Source: Eledone cirrhosa (Eukaryota). Taken from it: a stretch of 64,000 bases of DNA. The stretch is taken from NCBI GenBank assembly GCA_964016885.1, contig OZ024754.1, forward strand, positions 41,912,001-41,976,000, given 5' to 3'. This document shows, piece by piece, positions 1 through 64,000 of the stretch. The first letter of the stretch is position 1. Each line of letters begins with the position of its first letter. The notes under the pieces are model-generated. The model saw only the letters and a program-made list of their open reading frames with translations. It did no database searches and was not told where the DNA came from. Both the position numbers and the translations under genes were made by a program.

Positions 1-1300
1 CTTTGAGGCCCTTTCTCTCTAGTCCCTGCTTCCAGGTTTGGAATTTATTCTCTAGTTCTACCATAGATTCAGCTATGAGTGCGAGGTCATCAGCATACAG
101 GAGTTCCCATGGGCATCCGGTCTTAAACTCCTCCGTTATTGCCTGCAGGACTATGATGAACAGGAGAGGGCTAAGAACAGAGCCCTGGTGGACCCCAACC
201 TGTACGCTAAATTCCTCGCTATACTCATTGCCAATCCTAACTTTGCTGACTGCTCCCCTATACATGGCTTGTACCGCTTTCACAAGCCATTCATCTACTC
301 CTAGTTTTCTAAGAGCCCACCAGATTACTGCACGTGGAACTCTGTCAAAGGCTTTCTCAAGGTCGACAAATGCCAAGTAGAGTGGCTTACTTTTAGCTAG
401 GTACTTTTCCTGTAATTGCCTCACAAGGAAGAGCGCATCAGTGGTGCCTTTCCCTGGAACAAACCCAAATTGCATCTCGTCTATATTCACCCGGTCCCTA
501 ATCAGCTGTGCTATAACTCTTTCTGTTACTTTCATGACCTGGTCCATCAACTTTATACCTCTATAGTTTCCTCTATCTAGTGCATCGCCTTTACCTTTGT
601 AGCAGTTGACAATGATGCTACTGCACCAATCTTTTGGTATGGCCCCCTCTAGTATTACCTGGTTAACGATACGTGTGGTTATAGTGTGACCTACAGACCC
701 AGATGCCTTCAGCATCTCGGCAGCTATACCCGATGGACCGGTTGCCTTCCCTATCTTCATATCTCTGATTGCCTTACTTACTACGCTGCCGCTGACTTGT
801 ACTGCTGGTCCCTCTATAGGGTCTACGTGGGGTAGGGTCTCTTCTTCCCATGCATTCTCCTCATTTAGTAATCTATCATAATGACTCTTCCATGCATCTT
901 TCTTCTCAGCACTTGTGAGGGCAAGCTCACCTTTATCATTCCGGATACACTTCTCTCCAATGACATCACAACTATCTCTGACACACTGCCTCGCAATCTT
1001 GAATACCTCCTGTTTCTGGTCCTCACGTTGTAAAACATGCTTGAATTTTCTATCCTCTGCTTCCCTCCTAGCTAAGTATACTTGTCGCCTAGCTTCCCTC
1101 TTGGTCTCTATGTAATGTACCCTGCTCCCCCCGTTCTTCCATTCTTTCCATGCCTGTCTCTTGGCCTTGACTGCTTCATCTACCTTATTGTTCCACCACC
1201 AAGTCACTCTCCTCCTGCTTGAGGTCTTACTCCAGCCACAAACCTCATCCGTCGCCTCTAGTAAGTTATTTTTTAGGAACTCCCAGTTCTCTTCTACGTT
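1..1300 (-). mobile_element. RTE-clade LINE fragment (linker plus N-terminal RT), runs off window
   Basis: Reverse strand encodes CGWSKTSSRRRVTWWWN, GNYRGIKLMDQVMKV, HQGSVLSP and LLYADD, homologous to 40417-42567. Confidence 0.9.
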
Positions 1301-1503
1301 AAATTAGTATATATATATATATAAATGAGTATATATATATATATATATATGAAGAATAAAAACACCATGTTATTTATTCATTCTGACGACTGAAGACAGA
1401 TAAATATCTGCCTTCAAGAAACCACTGGTAAATGAAATAATTATCTTATGTTGTTTATTACATAACTCTCTCTCTCTATATATATATATATATATCCTTT
1501 TAG

Positions 1504-64000
<62,497 letters not shown>

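Overview
AT-rich animal genomic DNA, not prokaryotic. The (TA)n/(ATG)n microsatellites, RTE LINEs and tRNA-derived SINEs suggest an octopus/cephalopod, but that assignment is inference. The ORF track hides the dominant structure: a + strand tandem array of 45 homologous short exons running from 1504 to the window end. By hand count, 42 are complete and intact (38 of 144 nt, two of 141 nt, one of 138 nt, one of 114 nt), 2 are damaged and 1 is cut by the window edge. Each intact copy has an AG acceptor and GT donor, is phase 0/0 and is stop-free in frame 0. They encode an unrecognised ~48-aa module in two subtypes: A (DSYKYGVAGNEMEI-CxxCH-K...) and B (DNVKYVMADNEVKT-CDTC-QNKRRSS...). Copies are divergent and mostly Cys-free at the 5' end and near-identical A-B pairs at the 3' end. 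The introns hold a near full-length RTE LINE, many RTE/CR1/CRE-like fragments, SINEs sharing the RTE 3' tail, a piggyBac-type MITE, Penelope-like hairpins with minimal hammerhead ribozyme cores, and 18-, 48- and 61-bp minisatellites. The gene's start and end lie outside the window. All counts and coordinates were read by eye.
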